Source: a virus
Lineage: Duplodnaviria; Caudoviricetes
Length of the DNA: 64,000 nt
IMG/VR virus record: IMGVR_UViG_3300043438_000518
Span: 32,001 to 96,000 of that record
Reading direction: 5' to 3' (one strand)
How positions within the stretch are numbered: position 1 is the stretch's first letter; every line of letters begins with the position of its first letter. Below the pieces are notes generated by a model. The model did no database searches. It had not been told where the DNA came from and worked only from the letters and a program-made list of their open reading frames with translations. Positions 29,710 through 39,522 of the stretch are shown piece after piece. The position numbers and the translations under genes are program-made.

Positions 29710-31680
29710 TTACTTTTTCCAAAATTTTTCTATGCAAGGATCTGCTTTGAGAGGAACTCTCTTACAAAACTTAGCACCTGCATCTACCATTGCTTTTTCT
29801 AATTGTGCAGCAGCCTGTTGCGCAATTTCCTCAGGTGTTTCTATTAATATCTCATCGTGTATTATATTGACTATCAATACTTTAAACAATAAGTTATTAG
29901 GTACTAGATACTTAGTCCAGAAATACACACAAGCTAACTTAGTAATCTCTGCGGATTCACCTTGGATAGGATAGTTCAAAGACATGCGTTCAATGTCTCC
30001 ACGCTTTCTAAAGAATTGACTTACCTTTTCTTTCATCTCTCTAGCCGTAGGTGTGTTTGCATTCTTCATCTGCTTGTACCTGTCCCAGAAATCTTTGTTC
30101 ATCTCGTTCTTAAGTTTAGAAAACTCATCGTAGTAATCTACGTAAGACTTTTTACCTGTTACGGGTGAGATAAGAACATAGCCATTCTCTACACCAAACT
30201 TCTTTGCTTCAGTAAAGTAAGCTGCTAATCCTGGGAAGGCTCTAAAGTATGCATCATAGATAGACTGACCTTGTTCTACATTTAGTCCTAGTTGATCTGC
30301 AATACCAATACCTGAGCCACCGTAGTTAATAGCAAAGCCTGCAACCTTAGCTGATTGACGCTTATCTTTGTGTTTCTTTTTGATGTCATTAAGATCCATA
30401 CCATCTAACTCAGGATACATCTTGCTCGCAATAAAGCTGTGCATATCACCCAAGTCATTATCATAGAACTCTAAGAGGTTTTTATCTAGACACTTGTTAA
30501 CTAATACAATTTGTTCTTGGCCTGTATAGTCACAACCTACTAGAGTGTTTCCTTCTGATGCTACAAAGCAAGATCGAGTTTCTTGGTCTGAGGGAATGTT
30601 CTGAAAGTTAAAGTTCTTTACGTCTCCTGATTTACCACCACTAGATAAGCGTCCTGTGTTCATCAACTGCTTAAACTGTGTGTGAATTCTTCCGCTTACT
30701 GGATTAATTTGATCTATCCAGTTCTGTCCGTAAGTCCCTATGTCTTTTTGAGCTCCTTTAAACTTTAAATAAGTCTCAATAATGGGGTATTTTGAGCTGT
30801 ATTTTACTAGATGGTTAGCTTCAATGGTGTCTTTAGTCTTTCCTTTCTCTACTACTTTAGTGTTTACACCTAGTGCCTGAAAGAATTCTACTACCTGTGA
30901 AGGTGAGTTCCAATTCACATTAACCTTAGTCGAAGAAGAGAAGAGGTCAAGTTGAGAGTCGATAAACTTTTCCATCTTATTATCTAGGATGAATTGGTTT
31001 AACTGTGCTTCAGCTTCATCTGCTATGGCTTGTACTTTGTTTATCTTAGCTGTCCATTGCTCTACGTCTAGTTTCATTCCTGAATACTCGATGTAGGCTA
31101 GTACTAATACAAACTTATTGTCCAAATCAATGGACACTGAGGTACCATCTGCTAGCTGTAAGAATTCTTGTTTGTCCTTTAATTCGTGTAGATACTTTAC
31201 GTCATACGCAGAGTACTTTACGAAACCTTCAGTAAGTCTACCTGTAATATTTAGTCGCTCTTCTTTGCTTAGTATGATTCCACAATGACGTAGTACACAA
31301 GCAGCAAGTGAGCATCTATGGCTTTCTATACCTAGGCGAGATGTTTTTTCTCCTAAGAAGGTATCGTATACCTTTGTTGGAATTACCCTATAATGATAAA
31401 GGAATCTTAGGTCAAACTTTAAGTTATGACCAATAAGACCCTTAGTCTCTAATAACTCTTTGTATTCGTTGATGTCAATCGTAGTTAAGTCTATTACGTA
31501 TTGAACATCGTTATCTCCTAACTGAAGAGTATACAGTTTAGTAGTGTAAGGATCGAAACCTGAGGTCTCTGTGTCCAAACCTATCCACTCTAACTTGTTT
31601 AAGTATTCGAGGGACTCTTGTACTGTAGTAAGGGTAATGTCGGGTAAGGAGATATCTTGTTTGGTAACTAGATATATCAT
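29710..31680 (-). CDS. polA: Family A DNA polymerase with 3'-5' exonuclease domain
   Basis: ExoI DTET, HNLKFD, TGRLSS, motif A DYTGQE, motif B KVAGFAINYG, motif C IHDE. Confidence 0.95.
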   Translation of the reverse strand: MIYLVTKQDISLPDITLTTVQESLEYLNKLEWIGLDTETSGFDPYTTKLYTLQLGDNDVQYVIDLTTIDINEYKELLETKGLIGHNLKFDLRFLYHYRVIPTKVYDTFLGEKTSRLGIESHRCSLAACVLRHCGIILSKEERLNITGRLTEGFVKYSAYDVKYLHELKDKQEFLQLADGTSVSIDLDNKFVLVLAYIEYSGMKLDVEQWTAKINKVQAIADEAEAQLNQFILDNKMEKFIDSQLDLFSSSTKVNVNWNSPSQVVEFFQALGVNTKVVEKGKTKDTIEANHLVKYSSKYPIIETYLKFKGAQKDIGTYGQNWIDQINPVSGRIHTQFKQLMNTGRLSSGGKSGDVKNFNFQNIPSDQETRSCFVASEGNTLVGCDYTGQEQIVLVNKCLDKNLLEFYDNDLGDMHSFIASKMYPELDGMDLNDIKKKHKDKRQSAKVAGFAINYGGSGIGIADQLGLNVEQGQSIYDAYFRAFPGLAAYFTEAKKFGVENGYVLISPVTGKKSYVDYYDEFSKLKNEMNKDFWDRYKQMKNANTPTAREMKEKVSQFFRKRGDIERMSLNYPIQGESAEITKLACVYFWTKYLVPNNLLFKVLIVNIIHDEILIETPEEIAQQAAAQLEKAMVDAGAKFCKRVPLKADPCIEKFWKK

Positions 31681-32321
31681 TTTAAAATGGGTCCTACTAT
31701 CTTGTTATAATCATTTAAAGCCTGTTTAAGCTTTTCATACTTCTGTTCTTGTGAGTAGTTGCCTTGTTCAATATCGGTAAGGCAGGTTCTGTACACATCG
31801 TAGATAAGCTTTCTATCGTGGTTACTTAACTTAAGAATCTTATTCGAAAGTTGTAGCATGTCTTCTGTGGTATCTTCTCCCCATATCTTGTTTAGGGATT
31901 TACCTAAGTTCCATACGTGATGAGGGGTATAAAGATTGCACTTAGGGCAAGCTGGCAATAAGTTAGTTAAGTGATAACGAGTAGATACTTTAGTTCTACC
32001 TACAAAGTGAGCACATTGAAGTCCTTTAGGATCTAGAGTAATTTCACAAGCATGGCACTTATTGATGTGTGCACCTCTTACTAACCATGATGTTATTTGA
32101 TCTAACTTGGTTTGAGTAATAGTTTCTTGTTTGATCTTACGTTTGATTTCTTTGCGGACTTTTTGCTTAGCTTTCTTTTCTTTTACTACACATCCTGCAC
32201 AAAGTCTTTTAGTCTTGTTGGCGATAGCTTTTACTTTACCGCACTCAGAGCAAGGCTTCTGCAAGTCTCTTTCTTCGGGATTTCCTTTTACAGGAACTTT
32301 CTTGATTGTTCTCTTTAACAT
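31677..32321 (-). CDS. NinG-like/HNH recombination endonuclease
   Basis: CxxC pairs, CAHF...TRY...N...CPKCN; start moved to ATG 32321 because a promoter overlaps the TTG at 32330. Confidence 0.75.
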   Translation of the reverse strand: MLKRTIKKVPVKGNPEERDLQKPCSECGKVKAIANKTKRLCAGCVVKEKKAKQKVRKEIKRKIKQETITQTKLDQITSWLVRGAHINKCHACEITLDPKGLQCAHFVGRTKVSTRYHLTNLLPACPKCNLYTPHHVWNLGKSLNKIWGEDTTEDMLQLSNKILKLSNHDRKLIYDVYRTCLTDIEQGNYSQEQKYEKLKQALNDYNKIVGPILK

Positions 32322-32327
32322 GGTGTA

Positions 32328-32335
32328 CAAATATA
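32328..32335 (-). promoter_or_regulatory. -7 promoter element (TATATTTG)
   Basis: TAnnTTTG match just downstream of a terminator, 6 nt before the ATG. Confidence 0.55.
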
Positions 32336-32338
32336 ACT

Positions 32339-32377
32339 AAAAGAAAAGGGGATCTGTTGACCCCCTAATCTTTTTTG
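32339..32377 (-). terminator. Intrinsic terminator
   Basis: GGGG/CCCC stem followed by a U-tract on the minus strand. Confidence 0.6.
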
Positions 32378-32390
32378 GCATGCAAGAGAA

Positions 32391-33239
32391 TTACAAAGTT
32401 AATCTAGCTTCGTGTAAAGGAGTGTAGGTTTCAGAAATTAATTCTAAGCCTCTGTTGTTGATGTTGTAAGCTGTTCCGTGGATCAAAGACTCACGCTTAT
32501 GCTCTATACTCTTGTGTCCCATCATATAGTTAGTGAAACGAGTAGTAGCATTAAACAAAGCATAAGCTGTATTACCATGAGTGTTATACTCAGTAGCAAT
32601 AGCTTGTTTGAAATCTAAGATACGATTCTTAGTACGAGAAGCTTCCCCATCACCTCCGATAATACCTAAGATAAAATCGTCTGTAACTACTTCAGGAATG
32701 TTAATTTTACTCAATTCGATTAACTTCTCAACAAATTGCTCCTCTTGAGTAAGAGAGTTTTGTAGTTGAGAGATGATAATAGCTAATCTTCCGTGAGAGT
32801 TCTTAGTGTGTCTTACCCTCTGAGACTCTCTTAGAGCCATGTAAAACGTGTTAGCACATACAACTGTCACATTGGTTGCTCCGAAGCCAATAGGAGCACT
32901 ACCATCGTGTGAAGTAAGGGCTGTAAGAAACCTCTTATTGTCAGATCCACCGATAGTAACATCAGTTAGAGGGAATTGATAGTATACTTTCTGGCCGTCT
33001 CCTAAGAAACCACCTCTTTCTCCTGAGATATTAACCCTAGCAGCAGCTTCTAAAAGCATGTCTAAGATTTCTTCATTCTGTGTAGGAACATATTTAGATC
33101 CTACGATACCTAAACACTTGTTAGTATCTCCTCTGAAGATACCAAAAGCAGGAGTAGGTTCTCCGTTAGGACCTACTAGTTCACGTTTGTCTACTGTCCA
33201 GTTAGTCCTGGAGGTTTCTAATAATTGTTGTTTGTTCAT
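32391..33239 (-). CDS. DUF932 family phage/plasmid protein
   Basis: YVPTQNEE, TSHDGS, VVCANT and TAYALFNA motifs. Confidence 0.85.
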   Translation of the reverse strand: MNKQQLLETSRTNWTVDKRELVGPNGEPTPAFGIFRGDTNKCLGIVGSKYVPTQNEEILDMLLEAAARVNISGERGGFLGDGQKVYYQFPLTDVTIGGSDNKRFLTALTSHDGSAPIGFGATNVTVVCANTFYMALRESQRVRHTKNSHGRLAIIISQLQNSLTQEEQFVEKLIELSKINIPEVVTDDFILGIIGGDGEASRTKNRILDFKQAIATEYNTHGNTAYALFNATTRFTNYMMGHKSIEHKRESLIHGTAYNINNRGLELISETYTPLHEARLTL

Positions 33240-33433
33240 AAGGCTGGTCTTTTAAATGTTTCAATAAAGTTTTGTAGTTCTTCTAGTTCTTTAATTCTAC
33301 CTTGTACTTCACAATATTCGTACTCGGTGCTTTGTTCCATTAGTTTGGTTTGTTTTACTCTTTCAGTAAAGTGTTCTATTAATTTAGATTTAAATTCTAA
33401 ATGACTTAATGTCTCGAAATCTTGCCAATTCAT
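33236..33433 (-). CDS. Hypothetical protein
   Basis: 65-aa ORF with ATGA overlap. Confidence 0.55.
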   Translation of the reverse strand: MNWQDFETLSHLEFKSKLIEHFTERVKQTKLMEQSTEYEYCEVQGRIKELEELQNFIETFKRPAL

Positions 33434-33438
33434 ATTTT

Positions 33439-34140
33439 TTATTTTAAGTTTTGTAGCCAGTCTATATCATCACGATTACTGGCCATTAATATTTCGTTTA
33501 TTCTTTTAAAGTGGTTACATTCCCACTTACCTCCAGCGTATAGAGCAGCTGCAGGATGAGATGCTACTAATACGTGATGAAATTTATCATCAATCAGGTG
33601 AGCAAACTTTAAAGCGTCTTTACCCCAGAAACAAAAAATAAGTCCTGTGGTGCTTTCGTTTAAAGTTTTGAATACAGCTTCTGTAAATTGAGTCCAATGA
33701 GCTAGGTGAGAACCTGACTTACCTTCTTCGATAGTTAAAGCTGCGTTAATTAAGAGAACTCCTTGCTTAGCCCATGCTTCTAGGTCCATGTCAATAGGAA
33801 ATGATAGTTCGTCTGGATAAATATCTTCTTTAATCTTGTTATACATAACCCTTAAAGAAGGAGGAACTTGATCTTTATTTCTAGGACTGAAAGCTAAGCC
33901 ATGTGCTGTAGGTTCTCCTTTGTATCTACCTGGATACGGATCCATACCTAAGATAACCACTCTTACTTTCTGAAAAGGGGTTAAATTAAAAGCCTTGAAG
34001 ACTTCATCTTTGTAAGGAAGAATAGACTTAGTTTGTCTTTCCTTAGCAATGAAGCCCCCAAGGCTCTTAAAATATGGACTTTCTATTGTATCTCTTAGGT
34101 GTAAATACCAATCATCTGGAATATTTACTAATTTTTTCAT
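33439..34140 (-). CDS. ung: Uracil-DNA glycosylase, family 1
   Basis: VVILGMDPY, AHGLAFS, PPSL, QGVLLIN, FWGK and SHP motifs. Confidence 0.92.
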   Translation of the reverse strand: MKKLVNIPDDWYLHLRDTIESPYFKSLGGFIAKERQTKSILPYKDEVFKAFNLTPFQKVRVVILGMDPYPGRYKGEPTAHGLAFSPRNKDQVPPSLRVMYNKIKEDIYPDELSFPIDMDLEAWAKQGVLLINAALTIEEGKSGSHLAHWTQFTEAVFKTLNESTTGLIFCFWGKDALKFAHLIDDKFHHVLVASHPAAALYAGGKWECNHFKRINEILMASNRDDIDWLQNLK

Positions 34141-34744
34141 TAATCTCTTTTCTACGTTTACGTCTTCTGCTACTATCTAAAGTTTCTACAATAACATTAG
34201 CTCTAATCTCTGTATTCATCATACCAGGAAAAACATCATCTACCATGTTAAGGATTTGATTATATCTTACCTTATAGCTGTTCATTACATCGTAGAAGTC
34301 AGTATGCTGCCTAATCGAATGAATGATTGTAGAGTGATCTTTGCCTAGTAAGTTACCTACTTTGGTATATGTGTAGTGAAATTGAATAAGTAAAACAGCA
34401 GCAAACTGAAATCTAGCTTCTACATACTCTCTCTTTCTGCTTAGTTTAACAAACTCTTCTACACTGATTCTATTGACGTTACAAACTATCTTTATAATAG
34501 TCTGCTCAAAGTCTGTAAACTTAGCTAGATTTACTTTAACCATCTGAGCTTTTTCTTGTGCTAGTTTTTTCTTTCTTGCATACTCTTCAGGATCGATTAT
34601 ATTAATCCTTCTTTGATAGAACTCTTTGTTTTTAGATTTTAAATTTACTGTATTCAATAGACTCTCTTGCATAAGAGGTTCTATTTTGAGTTTTGTGAAC
34701 ACAATTTCTAAAGCTTCTTTTACAATATCTTTAACTCTTGGCAT
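34112..34744 (-). CDS. DnaA C-terminal (domain IV) HTH-containing protein
   Basis: RKREYVEAR...KVGNLLGKDHSTIIHS signature. Confidence 0.75.
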   Translation of the reverse strand: MPRVKDIVKEALEIVFTKLKIEPLMQESLLNTVNLKSKNKEFYQRRINIIDPEEYARKKKLAQEKAQMVKVNLAKFTDFEQTIIKIVCNVNRISVEEFVKLSRKREYVEARFQFAAVLLIQFHYTYTKVGNLLGKDHSTIIHSIRQHTDFYDVMNSYKVRYNQILNMVDDVFPGMMNTEIRANVIVETLDSSRRRKRRKEINEKISKYSR

Positions 34745-35709
34745 AATTTTATTAATTTATCTTTTCCGTGTTCTTTATAAATGTCACTAATGTCCTTACC
34801 TAGACTTGCATGATGGTATAATACAGGTATGTCGTACATCTCAGATATTTTCTGTGAGCCTTCTATACCTGCTCTATCTGCATCAAACCACACATATATG
34901 TTATCGAATCTTGCTCTAAGCAATTCATAGGCATTTTCCGATATAGGTGTAGTTTCGCTTCTTACTGCAACTGCATTAACTCCAATAGAGTGTAAGGTCA
35001 TAACATCTTTAGTACCTTTAGTAATGACTAGGATACTTCCTTTGTGAGGGAGTTGTGTGTATCCTTCTAGCATGCCTCCGAAGAAATTAGTTCTAAACTT
35101 TACTCTCTTTTCTGCAAAAGGACGGTATAATTTAAACTTATCTTTCTCTTTGTAGCGATAGCAAGGATCAAAGTCATTGTTAATGTACCAGATGTTATCA
35201 GCTATCCAAGCTTTGTCTACTCTTCTTATGTCAAAAAACTTAAGGATACTTGGAGTTACTCCGAACTGTGCCCAATACTCTAAGTCTTTTTGTGTAAAAC
35301 GAGTAAGTTTAACTTTAATAGATGCTGGCTTTACCTCTGCTGGTTTAACTGTTTTAAGACTGTCGACTTCTATTTTAAGACCTAACCTGTCTTCTAGGCT
35401 AAAGTTCTTAAGTTGGAAGTCAGACTCAATCTTATAGAGAATGTCTGGATACTCGTAACCAGTTCTCATTTGAGCTATGTCTATACAGTTGTAGTGGATT
35501 TTCTCAGTAGCGTAATCTATAAAATAAAGATTACCACCTTGACTCCACTTAAAGAAGCATGTTGCATGCTTATCAGATCTGAAAGGATTCTTGTACTTGT
35601 TTCTAAAGTTAATCTTTTCTCCGAAGTAAAACTCCATGAGTTGTTCTTGACCTAATAACTTGTACAAAGTTTGTACGTTAGGTCTAATTTCTATACTTGT
35701 CAGATCCAT
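34720..35709 (-). CDS. DNA primase (Toprim)
   Basis: NPFRSD N-terminal motif, ITKGTKD, WFDADRAG and KDISD. Confidence 0.85.
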   Translation of the reverse strand: MDLTSIEIRPNVQTLYKLLGQEQLMEFYFGEKINFRNKYKNPFRSDKHATCFFKWSQGGNLYFIDYATEKIHYNCIDIAQMRTGYEYPDILYKIESDFQLKNFSLEDRLGLKIEVDSLKTVKPAEVKPASIKVKLTRFTQKDLEYWAQFGVTPSILKFFDIRRVDKAWIADNIWYINNDFDPCYRYKEKDKFKLYRPFAEKRVKFRTNFFGGMLEGYTQLPHKGSILVITKGTKDVMTLHSIGVNAVAVRSETTPISENAYELLRARFDNIYVWFDADRAGIEGSQKISEMYDIPVLYHHASLGKDISDIYKEHGKDKLIKLCQELKIL

Positions 35710-35723
35710 AAGAAAGGTTTTTA

Positions 35724-35759
35724 AAAGAAAAAGGGGCTACAAATGTAACCCCTTTTCTT
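35724..35759 (-). terminator. Intrinsic terminator (bidirectional form)
   Basis: AAGGGGCTACA-AA-TGTAACCCCTT hairpin with flanking A/T tracts. Confidence 0.75.
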
Positions 35760-35782
35760 AAAAATGAAACAGTTAGTTAAAA

Positions 35783-36622
35783 TTAAAACAAGCTATCTAC
35801 GTCATCACTAACAGGAGCAGTAGCTACATCGCTTTTTTCCCATGACATCATATCACTAGCAAAAGGACTTTCTACTTCGTTAGCAGCAGGTGCATTGTTT
35901 TCGGTGTATTCTTTGAAGTCAAAGTTTCCGTAGAAACTCTTAAATCCATACTCACCAGTAACTTGTTTAGCTACGTAATCAGTGATTTTACTGTTTACGT
36001 TTACAAATACTTTAGTACATACATCTTGGTACTTGTCGTCTTTGATTCCTAAGAGAACTTTAACACCCATGTTGGCTTTGTTAAAGTGTGCAAAGAAATC
36101 TACCAACTCATTACCTTTACCTTTTGCAATAGAATTCCAAGAATCCAATACAAATGGCTTCTCTTTAGGAGAGATATTACCATAAGCCTTCAATAAAGAG
36201 TATACAGTTTCTTCACCACCTTTAGCTTCACGAACACTCTTAAGGTCCATTCTACGAGAAGGATCCAAAGATGCTTGTGCTTCACTCAAAGCAGCCAAGT
36301 TCTCAGCCCAAGAAGTTCTAGTAAAGTTGTCAATGAATTGTTTCTTACCTGCTTGAGAGGTACGAGTATCATTGTTTACCCACAAAGAAAACTTACCACG
36401 TAAGTCTGTTTTAAAATCAGGATGGTTTACATACCAGAAGTCTAAACGCATTCCGTTTTCACCGTCATAGTTAGGCTCTTTTACTTTGTCTTCGTCAATA
36501 CCTAGTAAAGCAGCAAGTGCTTTACTGTTAGGGTTAACAGCTACAATTTGAATAGGAGCAAATCCTGTGTACATCTTTTTGCCTGATGAAGGCTCTCTGG
36601 TTTCTAATTCGTCAAATTTCAT
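35783..36622 (-). CDS. Putative single-stranded DNA-binding protein (crAss-like)
   Basis: YTG...VAVNP N-terminus, acidic tail ending DDVDSLF, located between the AAA ATPase and primase. Confidence 0.6.
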   Translation of the reverse strand: MKFDELETREPSSGKKMYTGFAPIQIVAVNPNSKALAALLGIDEDKVKEPNYDGENGMRLDFWYVNHPDFKTDLRGKFSLWVNNDTRTSQAGKKQFIDNFTRTSWAENLAALSEAQASLDPSRRMDLKSVREAKGGEETVYSLLKAYGNISPKEKPFVLDSWNSIAKGKGNELVDFFAHFNKANMGVKVLLGIKDDKYQDVCTKVFVNVNSKITDYVAKQVTGEYGFKSFYGNFDFKEYTENNAPAANEVESPFASDMMSWEKSDVATAPVSDDVDSLF

Positions 36623-36641
36623 AATAATTTTTTTTTGTTTT

Positions 36642-37334
36642 TTATTTTGTTTTGGTTACTTCTTCTGTGTAATAGGAGTCAATAGACTGACATACTAAGT
36701 TAAGGTCATTAGGGATTAAAGTTTCTGAGAACATATCCATTGGGCTCTTAGCAGGATAGTTGCGGAAACGGTTAGTCACAAAATGATAAGTTGCATTCTC
36801 GTCTTTATCTTCACCTACGTGAGTATAAAGTGCGATTGTAAACAATCCTTCGAGAACAATCTGGTTGTCTAACGCTTTACCGATAGTCTTAATCTTCTGA
36901 CCTACGATATGTCCATCATCCTCAATTGTTTCGCTGTGAGTGATGTAGAATACTTTAAGGTCATTACGAAGCTTACGAGCAGTAGTAAGCATGTTAGTTA
37001 CGTCTTTAGCCAAGTTAACAAACTTACCAAAGCCTACTTCGTTAGCTTTCTTCATCATAAGAAATGACATAGAGTAGATAGCATCATCCATTACGATAGT
37101 CTTAATGTGTAATGCTTTCTCGCTAATCTGTTGTAACAAGGTAGTGATTTGGTTGATGTCGTCTACTTCCATGTAATTCTTAGATTCTAGGTTGTAGAGT
37201 TTCTCAGCTCCTTTGAAAGGCAATTCTTTCCGTGCTACGTTAATAATAAAGGTTTCTTTTGGGTCTAGAGTCCTGATAGAGGTAGATTTACCTGTACCTG
37301 AAGGACCTACAATTGCGATTAGTTTTGATGACAT
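36642..37334 (-). CDS. AAA_24/Sak4-like ATPase
   Basis: Walker A GPSGTGKS, Walker B IVMDD, AKSP motif. Confidence 0.85.
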   Translation of the reverse strand: MSSKLIAIVGPSGTGKSTSIRTLDPKETFIINVARKELPFKGAEKLYNLESKNYMEVDDINQITTLLQQISEKALHIKTIVMDDAIYSMSFLMMKKANEVGFGKFVNLAKDVTNMLTTARKLRNDLKVFYITHSETIEDDGHIVGQKIKTIGKALDNQIVLEGLFTIALYTHVGEDKDENATYHFVTNRFRNYPAKSPMDMFSETLIPNDLNLVCQSIDSYYTEEVTKTK

Positions 37335-37339
37335 ATTTT

Positions 37340-37663
37340 TTATTTTACTTTGTTTTCTTCTATGTTGTCTACAATATCACCTAGTGTATCCCAACCAAAG
37401 TTGGCTACAAAGTGTACTGCTGCGTGGAAACAATTCATAATACTTTTCTCAGGGTTTTCTAACAGTTCTTCTCTCATAGCTTCGTTGTTAAAAAGCTCTT
37501 CTGACATCCATACAATGTATTCGTTTTCTTGTTCTTCTGTCCAGGTATGTTTATCATACCATTCATCTTCTTGAAAGTCTATAGTGTTGTAATCTACGTT
37601 GATTACTTCACACATCTTCCGTATGAGTTGTACTAAATAAGGGTTCTTTTCTTCTTCGATCAT
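37340..37663 (-). CDS. Hypothetical acidic protein
   Basis: 107-aa ORF; resembles 45817-46104 (W(Y)xxxTxT...GW/WG pattern). Confidence 0.6.
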   Translation of the reverse strand: MIEEEKNPYLVQLIRKMCEVINVDYNTIDFQEDEWYDKHTWTEEQENEYIVWMSEELFNNEAMREELLENPEKSIMNCFHAAVHFVANFGWDTLGDIVDNIEENKVK

Positions 37664-37665
37664 TT

Positions 37666-38781
37666 TTAATGTTTTGCTTTTCTTAAAAAATTCTCATAGT
37701 GATTAGCTGTAGGGCTATTCATCTCTTGGGGTCTAGGTAACTCTTCAAATTCTCCGTTAGCTCCATTAAAGTATAGACCGATGCTTGAGTTTTCTAAGCC
37801 AAAGTATCTATCTTTTAGGAATTTAAGGGATCTGTAGTGGTTACCGAGTAATGATACATCATAGCCATTGTGTGTGCCTATGTTGTATCTAGCAGGACTA
37901 AACAAACCTATTACTACTTCGTAGTCTTGGTGTACACCCTTATTGATGTGAAGCTCCTCCATTGAGGGTTCTAGCTTCTCTTCCATAAGTTGACCTTTGT
38001 AAGTGTAAGTTTGCTTTTCTGAAGCTGGTGTTTGTTGGTGGACGATTACATTAACCATCTTAAAACGCTTAGAAAATATATCAAGAACATAATCCTTAAT
38101 CATAAAGTCAAACGTTTGATAAGACGATAACTTCATCTTAGTGTCAGGAGCTAGCTCATTAGATAAAAGACTAATATGATCTAATACAAAGAACACCCAC
38201 AAGTCATCTGACTTATAAGTATAACCTGTTATTATACGCTTACCTTCTTCTATTTCTTTGTAGGTGTATTCTCCTATCTCAGGATTTTCGAAGTACGCTT
38301 TTACGTACTTAGCCATACCTGTGGGATTTCTGATATAGTCAACTACCTCTACTGATCTTTCTAGTGTGTTAATGAACTTCTCTCCTTGCTTTACCTTTTC
38401 TAATAGTTCGCTACTTAAAGTATAATTACCTACTGATTTAAGTTGAGATACACTGATTGTAATACGGTGTTTCTCATACATATACATAGATAGAAATGAT
38501 AACCAAAAGTCTGTAGCACTTTCCTCTAAGGCAAAATAGAAGATTTTAGGAACTATGTTTGTGTTCTGTGTCTTCTTCATGATGTTAAGAATAGTCATGT
38601 ATTTAGCAAACTTTGACTTACCTACACCTGAAGCAGCAGTTAAACAAGTAATAGAACCTTTAGTAAATCCTCCATAATGTTCTGATAAACGAGGAAATGG
38701 AGGAGGGATAGCTGTTAAGCCACCTGTCTCTTTAATAATCTTGTTACCCTCAATCTGACTTATTAACTTTTCAAAGTTCAT
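37666..38781 (-). CDS. DnaB-like replicative helicase
   Basis: AASGVGKS Walker A, FALEE, VLDHI, VHQQ and LKDRY motifs. Confidence 0.85.
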   Translation of the reverse strand: MNFEKLISQIEGNKIIKETGGLTAIPPPFPRLSEHYGGFTKGSITCLTAASGVGKSKFAKYMTILNIMKKTQNTNIVPKIFYFALEESATDFWLSFLSMYMYEKHRITISVSQLKSVGNYTLSSELLEKVKQGEKFINTLERSVEVVDYIRNPTGMAKYVKAYFENPEIGEYTYKEIEEGKRIITGYTYKSDDLWVFFVLDHISLLSNELAPDTKMKLSSYQTFDFMIKDYVLDIFSKRFKMVNVIVHQQTPASEKQTYTYKGQLMEEKLEPSMEELHINKGVHQDYEVVIGLFSPARYNIGTHNGYDVSLLGNHYRSLKFLKDRYFGLENSSIGLYFNGANGEFEELPRPQEMNSPTANHYENFLRKAKH

Positions 38782-38783
38782 AA

Positions 38784-39332
38784 TTAGAGGATTTGATGAC
38801 TATTGTAAGCAGGTCCTGTACCATTTTTGAGTTCTTCACACCACTTAGCTAAGTCGCTTTGATCTACTCCGTCTACTTTCTTAAAGATAAAGTAACCACA
38901 TTCTCTGATGAATTTAATACTTCCTTGCTGCTTAAGCGTACTAATATACAGATCGGTGGCTTGTGAGATCTCTTCGAGAGTGTAATCATACTCAGATAAA
39001 AACTTAATCAACCTTTTAACTACACTAGACTTATCAGTTGTTTTACCTGATACTCCTAGATTCTTAGCACTGAACTTAGAAATAAAATCAGCTAACCATG
39101 TAGGAGGGATACTTAAGTCTCTGTTAGGAGCAGTGTTTATGTGTGTAGTCTTTAATTTCTCAAGAGCAGATAACTCACCAACAGACTCAGTTACATCAAG
39201 ATCTTGTAGTGCTTTAGGAGTCCAACTGTAAGTTGTTCCATTAAACAGAAGTTTCTCTTCGTAAATCCATCTGTCTATCATCTTTTCCTGTTTGGCTAGT
39301 GCCCATAGTACTTCGTAGAATGTCTTTTTCAT
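38784..39332 (-). CDS. Hypothetical protein upstream of the helicase (possible loader/initiator)
   Basis: 182-aa ORF; function inferred from context only. Confidence 0.55.
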   Translation of the reverse strand: MKKTFYEVLWALAKQEKMIDRWIYEEKLLFNGTTYSWTPKALQDLDVTESVGELSALEKLKTTHINTAPNRDLSIPPTWLADFISKFSAKNLGVSGKTTDKSSVVKRLIKFLSEYDYTLEEISQATDLYISTLKQQGSIKFIRECGYFIFKKVDGVDQSDLAKWCEELKNGTGPAYNSHQIL

Positions 39333-39522
39333 CTGTTTCTTTTATTAAATTAAAGTTTACACCTGCAAATATTTCCTTCGAATTAATCTTAGGCGGGTCT
39401 ACAAAGATAAGCGAATCTTCCTCTTTTTCCAAGTCAATTTGGTCTTCCAACCACATTTTTTTCATAAAAAGAAAGCCTGGATGTGACTCCAGGCTATCTC
39501 CATAGTGTTCTATTTCTGTCAT
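39241..39522 (-). CDS. Hypothetical protein
   Basis: Starts immediately after the peptidase stop codon; overlaps the next gene by 92 nt. Confidence 0.4.
   Translation of the reverse strand: MTEIEHYGDSLESHPGFLFMKKMWLEDQIDLEKEEDSLIFVDPPKINSKEIFAGVNFNLIKETDEKDILRSTMGTSQTGKDDRQMDLRRETSV

Noticed and set aside
2009-31680. Introns or inteins in the RNAP or DNA polymerase
   Set aside because: ORFs are continuous, PolA is of normal size, and no Hint or LAGLIDADG motifs were recognised.
34720-35709. Primase Toprim Glu replaced by Lys (ITKGTKD) as a sign of inactivation
   Set aside because: The DxD motif is intact, and I recall this variant being usual in crAss-like primases.
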